Shown: piece after piece, positions 46,978 to 59,000 of the stretch | How the letters are laid out: each line of letters begins with the position of its first letter | Numbering within the stretch: position 1 is the stretch's first letter | Virus record (IMG/VR): IMGVR_UViG_3300032291_003679 | Span: 32,001 to 96,000 of that record | DNA length: 64,000 nucleotides | DNA from: a virus | Reading direction: 5' to 3' (one strand) | The notes under the pieces: generated by a model | The model's input: only the letters and a program-made list of their open reading frames with translations | Databases searched by the model: none | Told to the model about the DNA's origin: nothing | Program-made: the position numbers and the translations under genes

Positions 46978-48342
46978 TCAGGAAGGTGCGCTGTCGAAGT
47001 CCAGCTTCACGAATGCCTCTGGGCGCTTCACGGCGAGAGCAAGGCGCTGCTCGGCGAGAATCACGATGGCATTACGGATGAAGAAGTCCGAGTGCTGTTC
47101 GCTGATACGGATGCTTGCCTGCTCGCGGTCGTACAACTGAGCGCCGGTACCGAAAGCACCAACAAGAGCTGTACCCTCTGTCATGGCAGGAGTGTCAACG
47201 ATTGGCATTCTCCAAACACGTGGCTCGCCACCCATTGCAACCGAAACTGCGATGAGGTATTGACCCTGCTCGTCCTTGGTGAGCTCGATGTCTTCCCAGT
47301 CATTCGGGTGTAGAACTACACCTGATGGCTCGTAGTAAGCAAGGAATGACAACGTTGCTGCACGACGGATTGCGTCAGCCTTGGTGTCTGCGACAGGTGC
47401 TGAAACACCGTCTGACCATGCGTACTCCTGAATGTTCGGTGTCTGAAGAACGCCGAGCAAGTTTTCGCCAACGCCATTTCCGTTAAGGATTTGGTTATCT
47501 TCGAGAAGACGAAGACCGTACATGAGTTCGTTGTCGATGATTGCACGCAACTGTGGCTCATCTGACAAAACGTTGCGGTGAGCTGCTTCCCAGTGAGCGA
47601 GTGTGCGCACTGGAGCCTGCTCGCCAACGAAGGCAAATGAAGACTGTGGCTTGATACCGAATGCTGTGTTGCCGGAGTTACGCTCTGCAACTGACGATGC
47701 ACTGTTTGTGCCATGGCCAGCCTGCAGGGTTGTGAAACCGAGCTGACGGAAGTATTCAATAACTGCAGCGTTTGTTGTGCGTGTTGGGAACAGGTCACGA
47801 ACGCGCTTTGTACGCATTGGAGGTGTCACCATTGGGTCACGCTGAACGTTGCCAAATGAACCAAGACGGCTGTCTGTAACAGCGGTTGTTGGCAATGCTG
47901 AGTACACATCCTTGACATTGAAGCCATTGTGTGAAGTCAACGAAGCAGCAACCTGCCAAGGAGCAGCCATGTTTGCGCCATTGCGGCCACCGTTGAGTGC
48001 CTTGAACTCTGCTGACTCAAGGAACATCTGACCAATGCTCTTGATTTCACGTGATGTAAGTTGGTTCATGTCTGCAGATGCAGCTGCGTATGCGGCAGCA
48101 GCAGATTCGCCTGCAGGCTGTGAACCCCAGCCATCAACTTGGTTCATGGTCTCAAGGTCGCCGAGAAGGCCCTTGATTTCCTTGATGTCGCGCATGTTCT
48201 TATCGAATGCGCTCTTTTGCTCTGGAGTAACGACTACTGTGCCGTTCTCAACTTTGAATGAATCAGCGATGGTCTTATTGTCTGCCATCTTCTGACGTAG
48301 AGCTCCTTGGAGCTCATCTATACGGGCTTTGTCTTCCGACAT
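46978..48342 (-). CDS. HK97-fold major capsid protein with N-terminal delta/scaffold region
   Basis: Coiled-coil N-terminus; VRTLAHW, EDNQILNGNG, VLHPNDW and AEQRLALAVKRPEAF motifs. Confidence 0.93.
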   Translation of the reverse strand: MSEDKARIDELQGALRQKMADNKTIADSFKVENGTVVVTPEQKSAFDKNMRDIKEIKGLLGDLETMNQVDGWGSQPAGESAAAAYAAASADMNQLTSREIKSIGQMFLESAEFKALNGGRNGANMAAPWQVAASLTSHNGFNVKDVYSALPTTAVTDSRLGSFGNVQRDPMVTPPMRTKRVRDLFPTRTTNAAVIEYFRQLGFTTLQAGHGTNSASSVAERNSGNTAFGIKPQSSFAFVGEQAPVRTLAHWEAAHRNVLSDEPQLRAIIDNELMYGLRLLEDNQILNGNGVGENLLGVLQTPNIQEYAWSDGVSAPVADTKADAIRRAATLSFLAYYEPSGVVLHPNDWEDIELTKDEQGQYLIAVSVAMGGEPRVWRMPIVDTPAMTEGTALVGAFGTGAQLYDREQASIRISEQHSDFFIRNAIVILAEQRLALAVKRPEAFVKLDFDSAPS

Positions 48343-48498
48343 TACTTTTCTCCTCTTGAGATTAAGTGGTTGGGTTGTTGGGTTAGCAATGGCTTAGGTC
48401 AGCACCCAGCCCTCGTATAAATAAGAATAATAGATGATTTACACTCTTTAGTGGAACTAATAGAATTTTGGAATTAAAGTGCGTAAATGGTTGTTGCG

Positions 48499-49164
48499 TT
48501 ATTTCTTGCGAAGTTCTTCGGCTAGTGAAGTTTTTCTTCTAACTGTTTGCTTTGGCTTTTCCCGTAGCACCGTTCTGACAGCTCTTCGTGTCTCTTCTTC
48601 GCGTCGTTTCTGAATGTTTCTACGACCAAGGTCAGTAGAACCAGACCTGTTTGCATAATCAGACATATTCGTGCAAGGCATCCAAACTGTTCTTCCACCC
48701 TTGCTTACGCGTCTACTGATACCGATGCATCCAAGTTGACGTGACCTAAAGCGAGCTGACTCGGGGTCAAGAAAAACATCTGGGTCGTTATCTCTAACAA
48801 ACTCTGGACCTGCACTTTTCCCACTGCAACAGTCAAGAGATTTGCCACTAAAAGAAGGAGACGAAACAAGGCTTCCATCAGCAAGCGTTGCTATCCCTCT
48901 TATTGGGGCTTCTGTGAGATTTTCCCACTCATCGCGCTTGCGTTTCTTATTCTTGCCACGTGTTCTGCCTTTGCCTGATTTGCCATCAGGAACAACAGTT
49001 CTCCATTTGGATGTTTCCGCAATATTGGAGATTCTTTCAAGCTCATCCATGGAGGCACATGGCATCCAGTTGCCGTCTTTATCTTTGTGTGCTCCTGAAC
49101 AACCTATGTCTTTTGCCAAGCGCAGAGCGTCTGCCTTCTTGACAAGTTCTTTCTTATCGGCCAT
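48499..49164 (-). CDS. head-region protein with two GC.G...WMPC repeats
   Basis: IGCSGAH..WMPC and LGCIGI..WMPC. Confidence 0.7.
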   Translation of the reverse strand: MADKKELVKKADALRLAKDIGCSGAHKDKDGNWMPCASMDELERISNIAETSKWRTVVPDGKSGKGRTRGKNKKRKRDEWENLTEAPIRGIATLADGSLVSSPSFSGKSLDCCSGKSAGPEFVRDNDPDVFLDPESARFRSRQLGCIGISRRVSKGGRTVWMPCTNMSDYANRSGSTDLGRRNIQKRREEETRRAVRTVLREKPKQTVRRKTSLAEELRKK

Positions 49165-49834
49165 TTTTTACATCTTTTCGTGCCTTGTCAATGCGCGACA
49201 AAGTGGTTTTACCTGAGCCATAACTGTCTTCAGTGTTTAAATTGGACAAAAGTCGCGCACGTCGAGAAACTCTTCTTTTTGCTTTTGTTTTTTTCGCAGT
49301 TTTTCTTATAAAACCATCACCAAAAGAATCTCTAAGAATTTCTTCTTCGACGTGACTAAATGAGAACTTTGGATTTTGAACAATTCTCCCAAGAGGTTGG
49401 TCGAATAATACCTTTCCTGTATTTATTCTGTTTAAAAATTCACTTCTTCTGCTCGATGTTTTAAACGCAGCAGCCTTGAAAGCGATTACATTGATTTTGT
49501 CAACAGAATTAGAAAATTTATTTATCAAGATGCTTGAAACGTTTTTCTGATTTGACAATGATTTTTCGTGAAAGAAGCCAGCATAAGCAAAAGATTTTTG
49601 CCTTAGTTTTTTCTCTGAACTTACAGCCTCTTCTTTCCCAGTTTTTTCAAAAAACCCGGTAAACATAAAGCCGTCTGGAATGGTCGTGGATATGTTGTTT
49701 GAGTCAAAGTCAAAATCATTAATAATTGATTTACCAAACTCCGTAATTGACTTAACTTGAATATTTCCATTCTGTTCAGTCGCCATAACATGAGGCATTC
49801 CGCCGAATGCATCTTTTACAAATCCTATTTTCAT
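49154..49834 (-). CDS. hypothetical head-region protein
   Basis: Coupled ORF in the late operon. Confidence 0.65.
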   Translation of the reverse strand: MKIGFVKDAFGGMPHVMATEQNGNIQVKSITEFGKSIINDFDFDSNNISTTIPDGFMFTGFFEKTGKEEAVSSEKKLRQKSFAYAGFFHEKSLSNQKNVSSILINKFSNSVDKINVIAFKAAAFKTSSRRSEFLNRINTGKVLFDQPLGRIVQNPKFSFSHVEEEILRDSFGDGFIRKTAKKTKAKRRVSRRARLLSNLNTEDSYGSGKTTLSRIDKARKDVKNGR

Positions 49835-51861
49835 TGAGATGCTCCAGTAATTAGTCTTCTCAGGGTATTTTTTTGGCTTTTTAGCACATTAAGGCGAGAC
49901 TCAAATAACTTCCCAATAATGTTTATATGTATTCTTTCGCCTTCAGACATTCCGTACTGATTCATTGAATCCTTAAAGCTGCTTGGATTAAATTTTCTAG
50001 CCCTGTTTATTAACTGAGAAAGATATCTCATAAAAATAATTCTTTGTTCAGCTTTTAATGCTTGGTAGTAGTCAGAATACGATGGTGTCAATTGAGATGA
50101 GTAAAACTCTTCAATATTCATTTTCATGCGCTTTGTTATCTCAATTTTTGACAAATCAGTCAAACCTGAAGTAGAGTTTTGCCCAAGCACCAAGCGACGA
50201 GCATCAGGCGTGTCGAGCGTGTATATAGATGTCATCGGACGCTCGCGCTGGTCTGTCAAAAAGTCAGAGATAAGCATCGCTGCCACGTCCTGCGGCTCTA
50301 ATTCGTTGAATTTTGCTTCAGGATTAAAGTTGCTTCCAGGAATAGCGGAAGTTACCTCTTGCCGCAAAAACTGTCTTTTGTCTCCAGGTTTTCCTGAAAA
50401 AATGACGTCAGGAGATTCTAGGCCCAGCACCTGTTGAACGTCAGAAGCAAATCTCTCGCCTATGTGCTGGAAGGTCTTTGGCTTTTCGTATAAAAACAAC
50501 TGTTCCGATGGTGTTGCGATAGCGCTTATATTGTTCGCTAGGCGCTGTCTTTGAATCACACCGGACTTAGCAAGCACTTTTGGCATTATCGATGGGTCAA
50601 TAGCGGACATAGGTCCACCATCAACAATAAACTGCACTGCTTCGTCAACACTCTTGATTAGTTTTCTACGTGGACCAAATGTTTCGGTGTTTCGTACCGA
50701 AGACGAGTCTGGCTGAGAAGCCATACGTCCGCCCCATACCTGAGACGCCCAGCTCACTCTTCCCTTGATTATTTCGTTTGGATTTTTTACACCCGTAAAC
50801 TTTTCTGAGTACTTCAGGCCATCGCCTATCTCGTCCGCAACTGCACGAAGCCTCTTTGATGGGTCACGAGAGTTATCTATGGAAGCAACTTGGTTAACAA
50901 CGCGGCCAAGCTTGCGTCTTTCACCTATCTCAAGCTGCCTGGCTTTTTCCAGCGTTATTGAAGAACCTCCTGGAAGTACATAGACAAGCGACTTAACGCC
51001 AGTGTTGGAGAGAAGTCCAAGCTCTTCTCCGCCCATGTCTTTTGGAGAAAGGGCTGACATCAAGAAAGAAGCGCCTTCCATGTCTCGGTTGTCTGGAATT
51101 GCTCTTAAAACCTTGTTAGGTACAACCGGCTCAAGGACGAACCCATCACGACGAATCATTCGACGCACTTTTATTCCAGAACCCTTATTAAATCTCCCCA
51201 TTGAAGATATTTCGTCGTTAACCCTTCCTGAAGCAAGCCGTGGATTAGAGGTTGTTACTTTAGGGATTTGAGGCTCACGTGAAAGGATTATCGAACTGTC
51301 GTATGGTGCTCCAGTTATGTCTCTACCGCGTGTCTGTGGGTCTATTCCAGAAGTTAAGGCCCGCCTTGCTGCCCCAATAGCTGCCCCAAGAGCAGAAGGT
51401 ATACCAAACAATTTTGCTCCACAAGTTGAAAGACGATTATCTGTGAATCTTCCTCCATACTGATACCCCTCTGGGCATCTGTGCGCTCTGTTTTCTCCAG
51501 GACGCGAACCCCCACGTCCTCCGCCAAAACCTGGCGTTACAGTTCTGTAAAAAGCTGAACGTATAGGTGACCGTATTGGACCCATATCGCCCGGAGTTAT
51601 GGTGCTTAAAATACTTCCGCCTATTTGACGTGCTGCATTTGCCTTGAACTGCATTCCGCCATTAGATTCGCTACGCTGAGTCCGTCTCGTATTCCCAAAT
51701 CTTTTCGATAGAGCTTTGTATTCAGTTAGTTCTTGAGACGATGCCTTAACACCACGTATGTAGTCGATGTTTTGTTTTTGGGCAGGATTAAATAAAAGCA
51801 CCCGAGTAACAAGTACTTCACTGTCTCCACAACATCCAGTAAAATCAGCCACAGCACTCAT
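49831..51861 (-). CDS. 676-aa head-region protein with RCPxG motif and HipA/PI4K-like pseudokinase C-domain
   Basis: RCPEGYQYGGRFTD; GERFASDV..LGLESPDV..SDFLTDQRER. Confidence 0.6.
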   Translation of the reverse strand: MSAVADFTGCCGDSEVLVTRVLLFNPAQKQNIDYIRGVKASSQELTEYKALSKRFGNTRRTQRSESNGGMQFKANAARQIGGSILSTITPGDMGPIRSPIRSAFYRTVTPGFGGGRGGSRPGENRAHRCPEGYQYGGRFTDNRLSTCGAKLFGIPSALGAAIGAARRALTSGIDPQTRGRDITGAPYDSSIILSREPQIPKVTTSNPRLASGRVNDEISSMGRFNKGSGIKVRRMIRRDGFVLEPVVPNKVLRAIPDNRDMEGASFLMSALSPKDMGGEELGLLSNTGVKSLVYVLPGGSSITLEKARQLEIGERRKLGRVVNQVASIDNSRDPSKRLRAVADEIGDGLKYSEKFTGVKNPNEIIKGRVSWASQVWGGRMASQPDSSSVRNTETFGPRRKLIKSVDEAVQFIVDGGPMSAIDPSIMPKVLAKSGVIQRQRLANNISAIATPSEQLFLYEKPKTFQHIGERFASDVQQVLGLESPDVIFSGKPGDKRQFLRQEVTSAIPGSNFNPEAKFNELEPQDVAAMLISDFLTDQRERPMTSIYTLDTPDARRLVLGQNSTSGLTDLSKIEITKRMKMNIEEFYSSQLTPSYSDYYQALKAEQRIIFMRYLSQLINRARKFNPSSFKDSMNQYGMSEGERIHINIIGKLFESRLNVLKSQKNTLRRLITGASQ

Positions 51862-52498
51862 CTTCTATTGATTTTGTGCTGACGTAAACTGAATAGACTT
51901 TCTTTCCATTTTCGTCTTCGCCTTCTACTTGCCAGTTTTCATCGTCCTGAAGAAACTTTGTAAACCCTGGCTCCATTTCGCAAAACTCGCCCAAAACTTT
52001 GATTGCATGAGCTATGTCTGATTCTGTCACCACGAAGTTTTCGTCTGACTTGGTATCCATGTCTGGATATTCATAAAAGAAAACATCTGAGTAAATATCT
52101 TCTACAGACTTACCAGAAGTACGAACTGTATTTTTTGGTTTTTTTCCTCTTAACGACGAAGCAAACTGAGCATCTGTCCAGTTGGTGAGTTTTCTAAACT
52201 TCTTTTTACAATTTTTCATTCCGGGATGATGGCATCCCTCATTTGGCCACAGCCCTGTAGTCTCGTGATGCAACCATGCACAAATGTTGTTAAGAGGGTA
52301 AAGCTCAGGGTGGTTCGCCAAGATAACTCGGCATCGTCTAAAACCGCCAGGCTTTTTCATTATGGGACGCCAGTAACGGAGAAGTCTTTCAAGGTTTCCG
52401 CGGCGAGGTCCGTAGCCGCGCAGGATATCCCCCGTTACGAGTTCCTGAGGCAGTAGGCCGCCTAGCGGGTCTGCCTTTGTAAACTCTTCAGTTGACAT
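51845..52498 (-). CDS. conserved phage head-region protein
   Basis: LLRYW..PGGFRRC..CAWLH..GLWP. Confidence 0.7.
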   Translation of the reverse strand: MSTEEFTKADPLGGLLPQELVTGDILRGYGPRRGNLERLLRYWRPIMKKPGGFRRCRVILANHPELYPLNNICAWLHHETTGLWPNEGCHHPGMKNCKKKFRKLTNWTDAQFASSLRGKKPKNTVRTSGKSVEDIYSDVFFYEYPDMDTKSDENFVVTESDIAHAIKVLGEFCEMEPGFTKFLQDDENWQVEGEDENGKKVYSVYVSTKSIEDECCG

Positions 52499-53003
52499 CT
52501 TTTTGCTCCTCTATTTCCCGTAGAAGACTCATTGCTTTCCATGCAAAATCTCGTTCTTCGGCTGTTTTAAACTTGTAAATACTTGTATCCAACTTTACCA
52601 TTCCATCGCAACATGACTTTGTAAGCATTTGCTGTTCAATGTTTTCGGAAATAAATGATTTAACTGCCCTTTTTGTTTTGTCTAGTTTTCTTTTGTTTTT
52701 TCCGAGTGATGAGTTTGTCGGCATTGACTCAAGCATCGAGTCTTTTATCGGCCTTGTTTTAGTTATGAAGGTCTCATACCATGCTCCAGAGGTTGAATCT
52801 TTGGGCGCATCCCATAAAAATCTTTGAAAAGGGGTTGTGCGAAGTTTTCTAAACCCTCTTGTAGTGCTGGATATCTGTATTATGTTGGCCCTGATAGATG
52901 TGCCATCGGGGCGCTCTATTACTGCATCTTTTTCTCCAGGACCAGCCTCAATGTCGTAGTAGACGCGGCTGTCATTGAGTAGACCCACGATTATTGACTT
53001 CAT
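52488..53003 (-). CDS. hypothetical head-region protein
   Basis: Coupled ORF. Confidence 0.65.
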   Translation of the reverse strand: MKSIIVGLLNDSRVYYDIEAGPGEKDAVIERPDGTSIRANIIQISSTTRGFRKLRTTPFQRFLWDAPKDSTSGAWYETFITKTRPIKDSMLESMPTNSSLGKNKRKLDKTKRAVKSFISENIEQQMLTKSCCDGMVKLDTSIYKFKTAEERDFAWKAMSLLREIEEQKDVN

Positions 53004-56000
53004 AGACGACCCCCGTAGGTAGAGGTGATTCTTGGCTTGCTTGACTTTTTCATGTCCTTAAGCATTTCTTTAGCCATTGCGATTATTTCGCTAGATATTG
53101 ATTTTGCAAGAACTGATTCGACAGACTCTCCCTTTCCTGCCGTTTTAGAATGAGAGCGTGGGTCTTCTATGTTAAATCCACGCGGATGAGCAAATTTCAC
53201 GTTATTGAATCCGCGCTCTGAAAAGCTGTTTTTTATTTTTTGAGAAGCTCTATAATTTCTGAGCATCGCCATGCTTTCACTATTCATCATCTGACCGCCA
53301 CCAATAGAGTAGAAGTACTCAATTTCTTCTGGGGAAAATCCAGCGGCGCGCAATCTTTCGGCAATTGTTTTTGTGTTAACGATGTCGCTAATGTCTTCTT
53401 TTTCTGCTTCTTGTTCTATTTTTTTGAAAGGAACGTTTACTTGCTCAATGTCTGCCATGTCGAACCCACCAAGTATCTGGGCTTCAAATGGCTCACGAGA
53501 TGAACCTTCTGGAAGATTGGAATCAAAAGAGTTAGCCAGTTTTCCTTTTTTACCACGAGTAGCGTTGATGTTAGAAAAATCATTATTCAAAGACGCTGAA
53601 AGAAGGTTCATAAAAGCCTCCTGGCGCGTCTTTTCCCCATTTACACCGTCAGCGTTGAGAATGGCATCGGCCACGTCTTCACGATTGCGTGAATTAAGCC
53701 TCACTGGCCTGTGTGCAGTGCTAAGTGAATTTCCTCGACCGTAAGCAACTCGTTCCGAAACTCCCGGGCGAAGAACTATCTCCATGTCCCCAAGAGCGGT
53801 GAGTCCGTCACCCACGACATCTTGGTCGCCAATTTCAAACACAGCATCTGGCCTTAGATTCCCGGAGCCGTCTTTCATAACATCTTTTCGTTTGCTGTCA
53901 ATGTGTGATTTATGAATCAAATACCCGCTCACTGGTAGCTGGTCTGGTGCCACAGAATCCGGTATTCCGATACGCGCAAGGTATTCACGAACATAGTTCT
54001 CTGCAGATAACCCGACAGTGTCTCCGGATGGAGCCATGTCTGACTCCATGTCTCTTGTCTTTAATGTCGCCTGCGAGCGCCTAATCTTCGCCAGTCTTCC
54101 CATGTTGGCTCTTCCGCTAGACAGGGAGTTGCTTCTCTCTATGTCTGCAGCACGAATAATTTCGTCAAGTTGTCGTTCGCGCTCGCTAGAGATAGCGCTT
54201 GTTCTTCTTGTTTCAACCAAGCTTTGACGAACTTTTAGCGTTTGCGAGTATTCTGCATCATTTCTAAGACCAACGGAGCCAAGCTGTATAAAGTCACCTT
54301 CACTGTATTTTTCGTCAATGAGTCTTGGGCCGTTTTCAATTAAAAAAGCTTCGATAGCATCAATTTCTTCATTAGAAATATCTTCAATTCCCTGTGCTCC
54401 TGGAAGTCTCCCTTCTACCCAGTCATTCTCCGCCCCCAGCTTCGCCACCTTGATTCCCCACACATCTTGGAAAACCTTTCCGAGCGTCAGCCCTTCAACA
54501 ATGTCTGTTTGAACTTCATTTATGTTTAGTGGCATTTGAAGTTCTTCTGGCAGCGAGCGATTGGCTACAATCAGCGCCCCCCATCTGTGATGGCCATCAA
54601 GGATGTATCCATCTTTGGTAGCAAGAATTGGCTGCATAAACCACTCTTTGTTCATTTCGTCGAGGAATAGCTTTTTAAACTCTTCTGCTGATACCCCAGG
54701 ATTAGCTTTTCGCACTGCTTCTGCTTTAGCAACTGCAACTTCTTGCATTGTTTGCGCCGTGCCGTCGACCTTGCTTGCAACCAACTGCTGTTGTGATGGG
54801 GCTGCCAGGCCAGGGGCAACCTGCTTGCGCCTTACCGCAGGGCCATTATCGGGGTCTTCAACCTTTATCATCTTATTAAGCCAATTAATAAAAGGTGTTT
54901 CTAAGTTTACTTCGACATCATTCCAGTTTGTATTTGCGTATAGCCACTGTTTTGCTTCATCAGAAAGACTTTCGTACGATTCCTCTCTGTGTTGTGCTGC
55001 TGTCTTTTCGCCAAGCTCATTTCCAATAGAATGTTTTTTTGCTATAAGCTTGTACAGCATTTTTGGCGTATCTTCATCAGAAAGTGGCTCTTTACCTTTT
55101 TGTGCACGCTCTAAATTTTCTTTTGCAATATCTTTATCAAGGTCGTCCGCAAATTCGACTTCTAGTTTTCTGTTTCTTTCAATTTTTCCTAATGGTTCAA
55201 ATTTTCCTGCAGCACGCCCGGCAACAAGGGCGCGGACTGCAGCAGTGTCGTGGCCCTTTGTTCTTCCGTTTGTTTGAGGCATTTTTTCTCTGTCGATGCC
55301 TATATGTCCAGAACACATAAGATTTTTTGTTGGGTCATAAAGGGCGCACAGGTCTGCTTGGTAGCTCCCCACGTAATCTTTTTCCATTTTTTTGATAGTT
55401 GCAGGGTCGTCAAAATCAAAATCTCTATTTTCATTCATGTATTTTGATTTGTATTGCTCCCACTTCCAGTGGCCATTTTTTATATGGTCTTTAGCAATGT
55501 TTTTTACTTCATCTTCAAAAACTTTTTGTGCCTGTTCCGTTAGGCGAATGTCTTGCTCTTTTACTTCAACGTGATGACCAAGCATCATCATTGCAATAGC
55601 TGTTGGAACATCGTCTACTTCGTAAAGGTTTGGGTGTTTTTCACTTATTGAGAGTCGTGCTGACCGCCGCGCCAACCCGCCAAACATTTGGTTAATCTCG
55701 TCCTGGGTCATGTCGTCTATGTTTTTCCCATCTTCAATAACTTTATTGAAGATGTCTAACGCTTTTGTGGCGACTTCTTTTTCCTGGTTTCTACGAATTT
55801 TCAAGTTTTCTTGAGAATCTATAATTCTCCCCGAAGAAAGAGACCGCGATGCTCTTTGTTGGGGTGAAATGGAAGCCAATCTTTCCGCGCGACGTGATGT
55901 TCTTAGGTCTTCATCAGATGCGCTAGAAAAAGGGGAACGTATTCCAGCCCCAGATGAAAGACGCTCTATATCTTCATCTGTTGCTCTTACTCTGACTCTT

Positions 56001-59000
56001 CTGTCAAACCCTTCGTGCATTCTGTAGGCGGTCTCAGAAGCCCTTACTATTAAAAGCTCTTCTGGGGTCTCCGCAATTAGCTTTGCCACAGCTGGATGGA
56101 TATCTCCACGAGAAATGCTTCCGTCGCCTCTTCCGCCACCTAGTGCATCTTTTACGTTTCTTACGGTCGAGGACATGGAGGTGTTTCTTGAATTTGTTCT
56201 TTCTGGTCTTGTAGCAGGCTTGCCTAGAGTGTCTCCACTGGAAAGTGTGGTTCTTCCGCTCGAAAGATGCGGTGGAACTTCATCAAAACCTTCACCAAAT
56301 GAGCCACCAGCATCTATTATTTCATCAACCGAAACGCGGCTTGCGGTCACCGTCGCGTCGTCATAGTCGCTTCTAGGTCCAGGGAAGGTATCTCCAGAAG
56401 CGCGACGCTCAGTTACATACTTGTCGACCATCGCTTGTATTTTTTTGCCGTGGCTCTGCGCCCAGATTGCATCTGTTTTGTTCTTTGAAAGATTTTCTGC
56501 CATTGAGTCAACAACTTGAACAGTATCTTTTTGGTAAGAAATTTCAGCTCTTATCGTTCCGTCAGCGTCTCGTCCAATGATTCTTATCTTCCCAGGAGGG
56601 GCAACGAATTTCTGCTCGGTATCTCCGCCTGTAGTTGGAAACAATCCACGGTCGCCTTCGCGAACGGAAAGAATGACGCGTCGAGGCGTTCTTCCAGTTT
56701 TGGGGTCTTTTGTCCCTCGCGCTGGCATGTCTGTTTTTACGGTTCTGCTGGTAATTACTCGGCCGGAAACAAACTGTTCTAGGTCAATCTCTCTGCCTTC
56801 AACCTTGCCCTTAAGTTTGGATGGGTCAAAATCAATAATTGCTTCTATGTCAAATGGGTCAGCAACGGAAGTTTTATCTATCGCCTCCATGGTTGGTATC
56901 AGCAGTTTTTCTACTTGCTGAACAACGTCGCCTTCTGCGGAGGACATTGGGTCAATTTCTAGACCCAAGCGCTTGAGGCGTGCATTTCTCTTATTTATTG
57001 CGCGTCCAGCACGTGTCTGAATAACTGGGTCAAGCATTTTGCCTACGTCAGATTCAGAAACATCGCCCAACTCTTTCATGGCCTTTTTCTGCTCTGCGTT
57101 AGCTTTTACTCTTCTTCTTTCGCGTGCGCCATGGTCGGCTGCATCTTTAGCGTTCTTAAATTTTTTCTTCGGCTTGGGTGGTGGACTGATTATGTCAGTT
57201 ATTTTTTTGTCTAATTCTTTTTTGATTTGAGCTTTTGTTCTCTTGTCGCCAGAAGATTTAAGATTTTCAATGTATTGGTCACGAATGACTTCTATCTCGT
57301 CAGCAAGTTTTCTAAATTCGTCAGATGCTGGGTCGAGCGTAGAAAGACGCACTTCTTCATCTACAAGTTTCTGTACTATTTTCTTTTCGGGCATCGCCTT
57401 GATGCGCTCACGAAGGTCGTCTAGGTCAGCTTTGCGGGCGATTTCTGCCATTTCGCCCGGGTCTAGAAGACCTTCGCTTTCCCGAATAGAACGAACTGTT
57501 TCGTCAAATCTTTTCTTTTCTCCACTAGCGCCGACGCCGAATTTTTTACGCCAAATCTTGCTGGCTTCATCATATTTTTTGCTATGAAAATCGAGCTCTC
57601 TTTGGGCATCTCTAATTGCTTCGGATTTCGCTCTCTCCATAAAAATTCGTTCATCGTCAGCAAGTGACTCATCTATTTCGAATTCTTTATAACTTTCAAG
57701 TCTTCTAGAAGCGTCGTCTCTTTGTGAAGCTATTATTGCTGCCTCTGAGAACATGTCATCTTCTGCGAGTTCGGCAAAACTTGTTTTAAATTCTGCCAAC
57801 TCTGCTCTTAGCTCTGATGCGAGTCGAACATCCCTATCCTCAAGAGTTTCTTCAATTACGTCATCTGGCATATCTTCTGGAACAATTGTGTCGTCTGGAA
57901 TGCGAAAGACATCATCGAGCGATTCTAGGTCTGCCGTATCGTCGCTTTCAGCGCGAGCTCTTGAGGATTTAGAGAAAGATAATCCGTCCATCCATTCGAG
58001 AGCAGCGTCGACGTCTTCGCCGTAGATTATTCCACGTTCACGAAGTGCCCATATCTCAGCAGCGGCTTCCAGTGCCCACACTTCCGAGCCTTCGGTGTAT
58101 ACGTCTCTTGGATACGACCCAGCAAGTGGAGCAATTTTCTTAAGTCTCTCCATTGCGCTGTCTAGCGCTTCAAGGTTAATTGAGTCCGCAACGTCGGTCA
58201 TAATTGACATAATGTCGGAGCCGCTTAATGCATAAATTGAATCGACGTTACGAGAACCAACGACTACCCCATCCTTGATGATAGGAACACGTATGAAGCC
58301 CATCTCGTCTATCTCGTCTTGAATTTTTTCTATGAACACCTGCGCTTGCTTGTGGTGCGCTATTTCGTGAATCATAATGTGGCTAGAAAAGCCGTAAACT
58401 CCATCTAGCAGGCCTGCCATGCCTCTTGCCGAATAGTCGGCGTTGACCAAAAAGTCAGCTACAGCAAGACGACCTTCAGCTTCGCTTCTTGCTCCAACTG
58501 CAGAAATTGCGAGCCTTTCGTTTGGAAGCATGTCTGGCAACATTGTTTCTTGATTAGCAAGAATCATCCCCATGTTGACATGAATCTGGGTGCGAAGTTC
58601 TCCAGGAGTCTTCCCCATCACAGGATTTCCATCCCTATCAAGAACGGGGGTTCCGTCAGGCTTTAGTCGTGGACTAATTGACGGCGCATCCCTGTATACG
58701 GATGTTCCTGCTTCATCTCCTGAATCGAATCTGTAAACTATCCGCCCAATGCCACGCATGCTTTCTGGGTCTTTTACAAATTGGTCTATAAGTGATTCAA
58801 ACAAAGCTCTTTGTGTGTACTTGTACCTGTCAAAGTCAGACTTAAGAAGTCTGCTCTTTTCTTCGTTTGAAAGACCGCGCCATCCGGGAATGCTTTCTAG
58901 TCTTACTTCACAAAATCTTTCTATTTCTGAATCAAGTAGTAAAGCTGCGCCTTCACCAGAAGCATTGAGGACCTCTATGTCCCAGCCAGCTCTCCCACCG

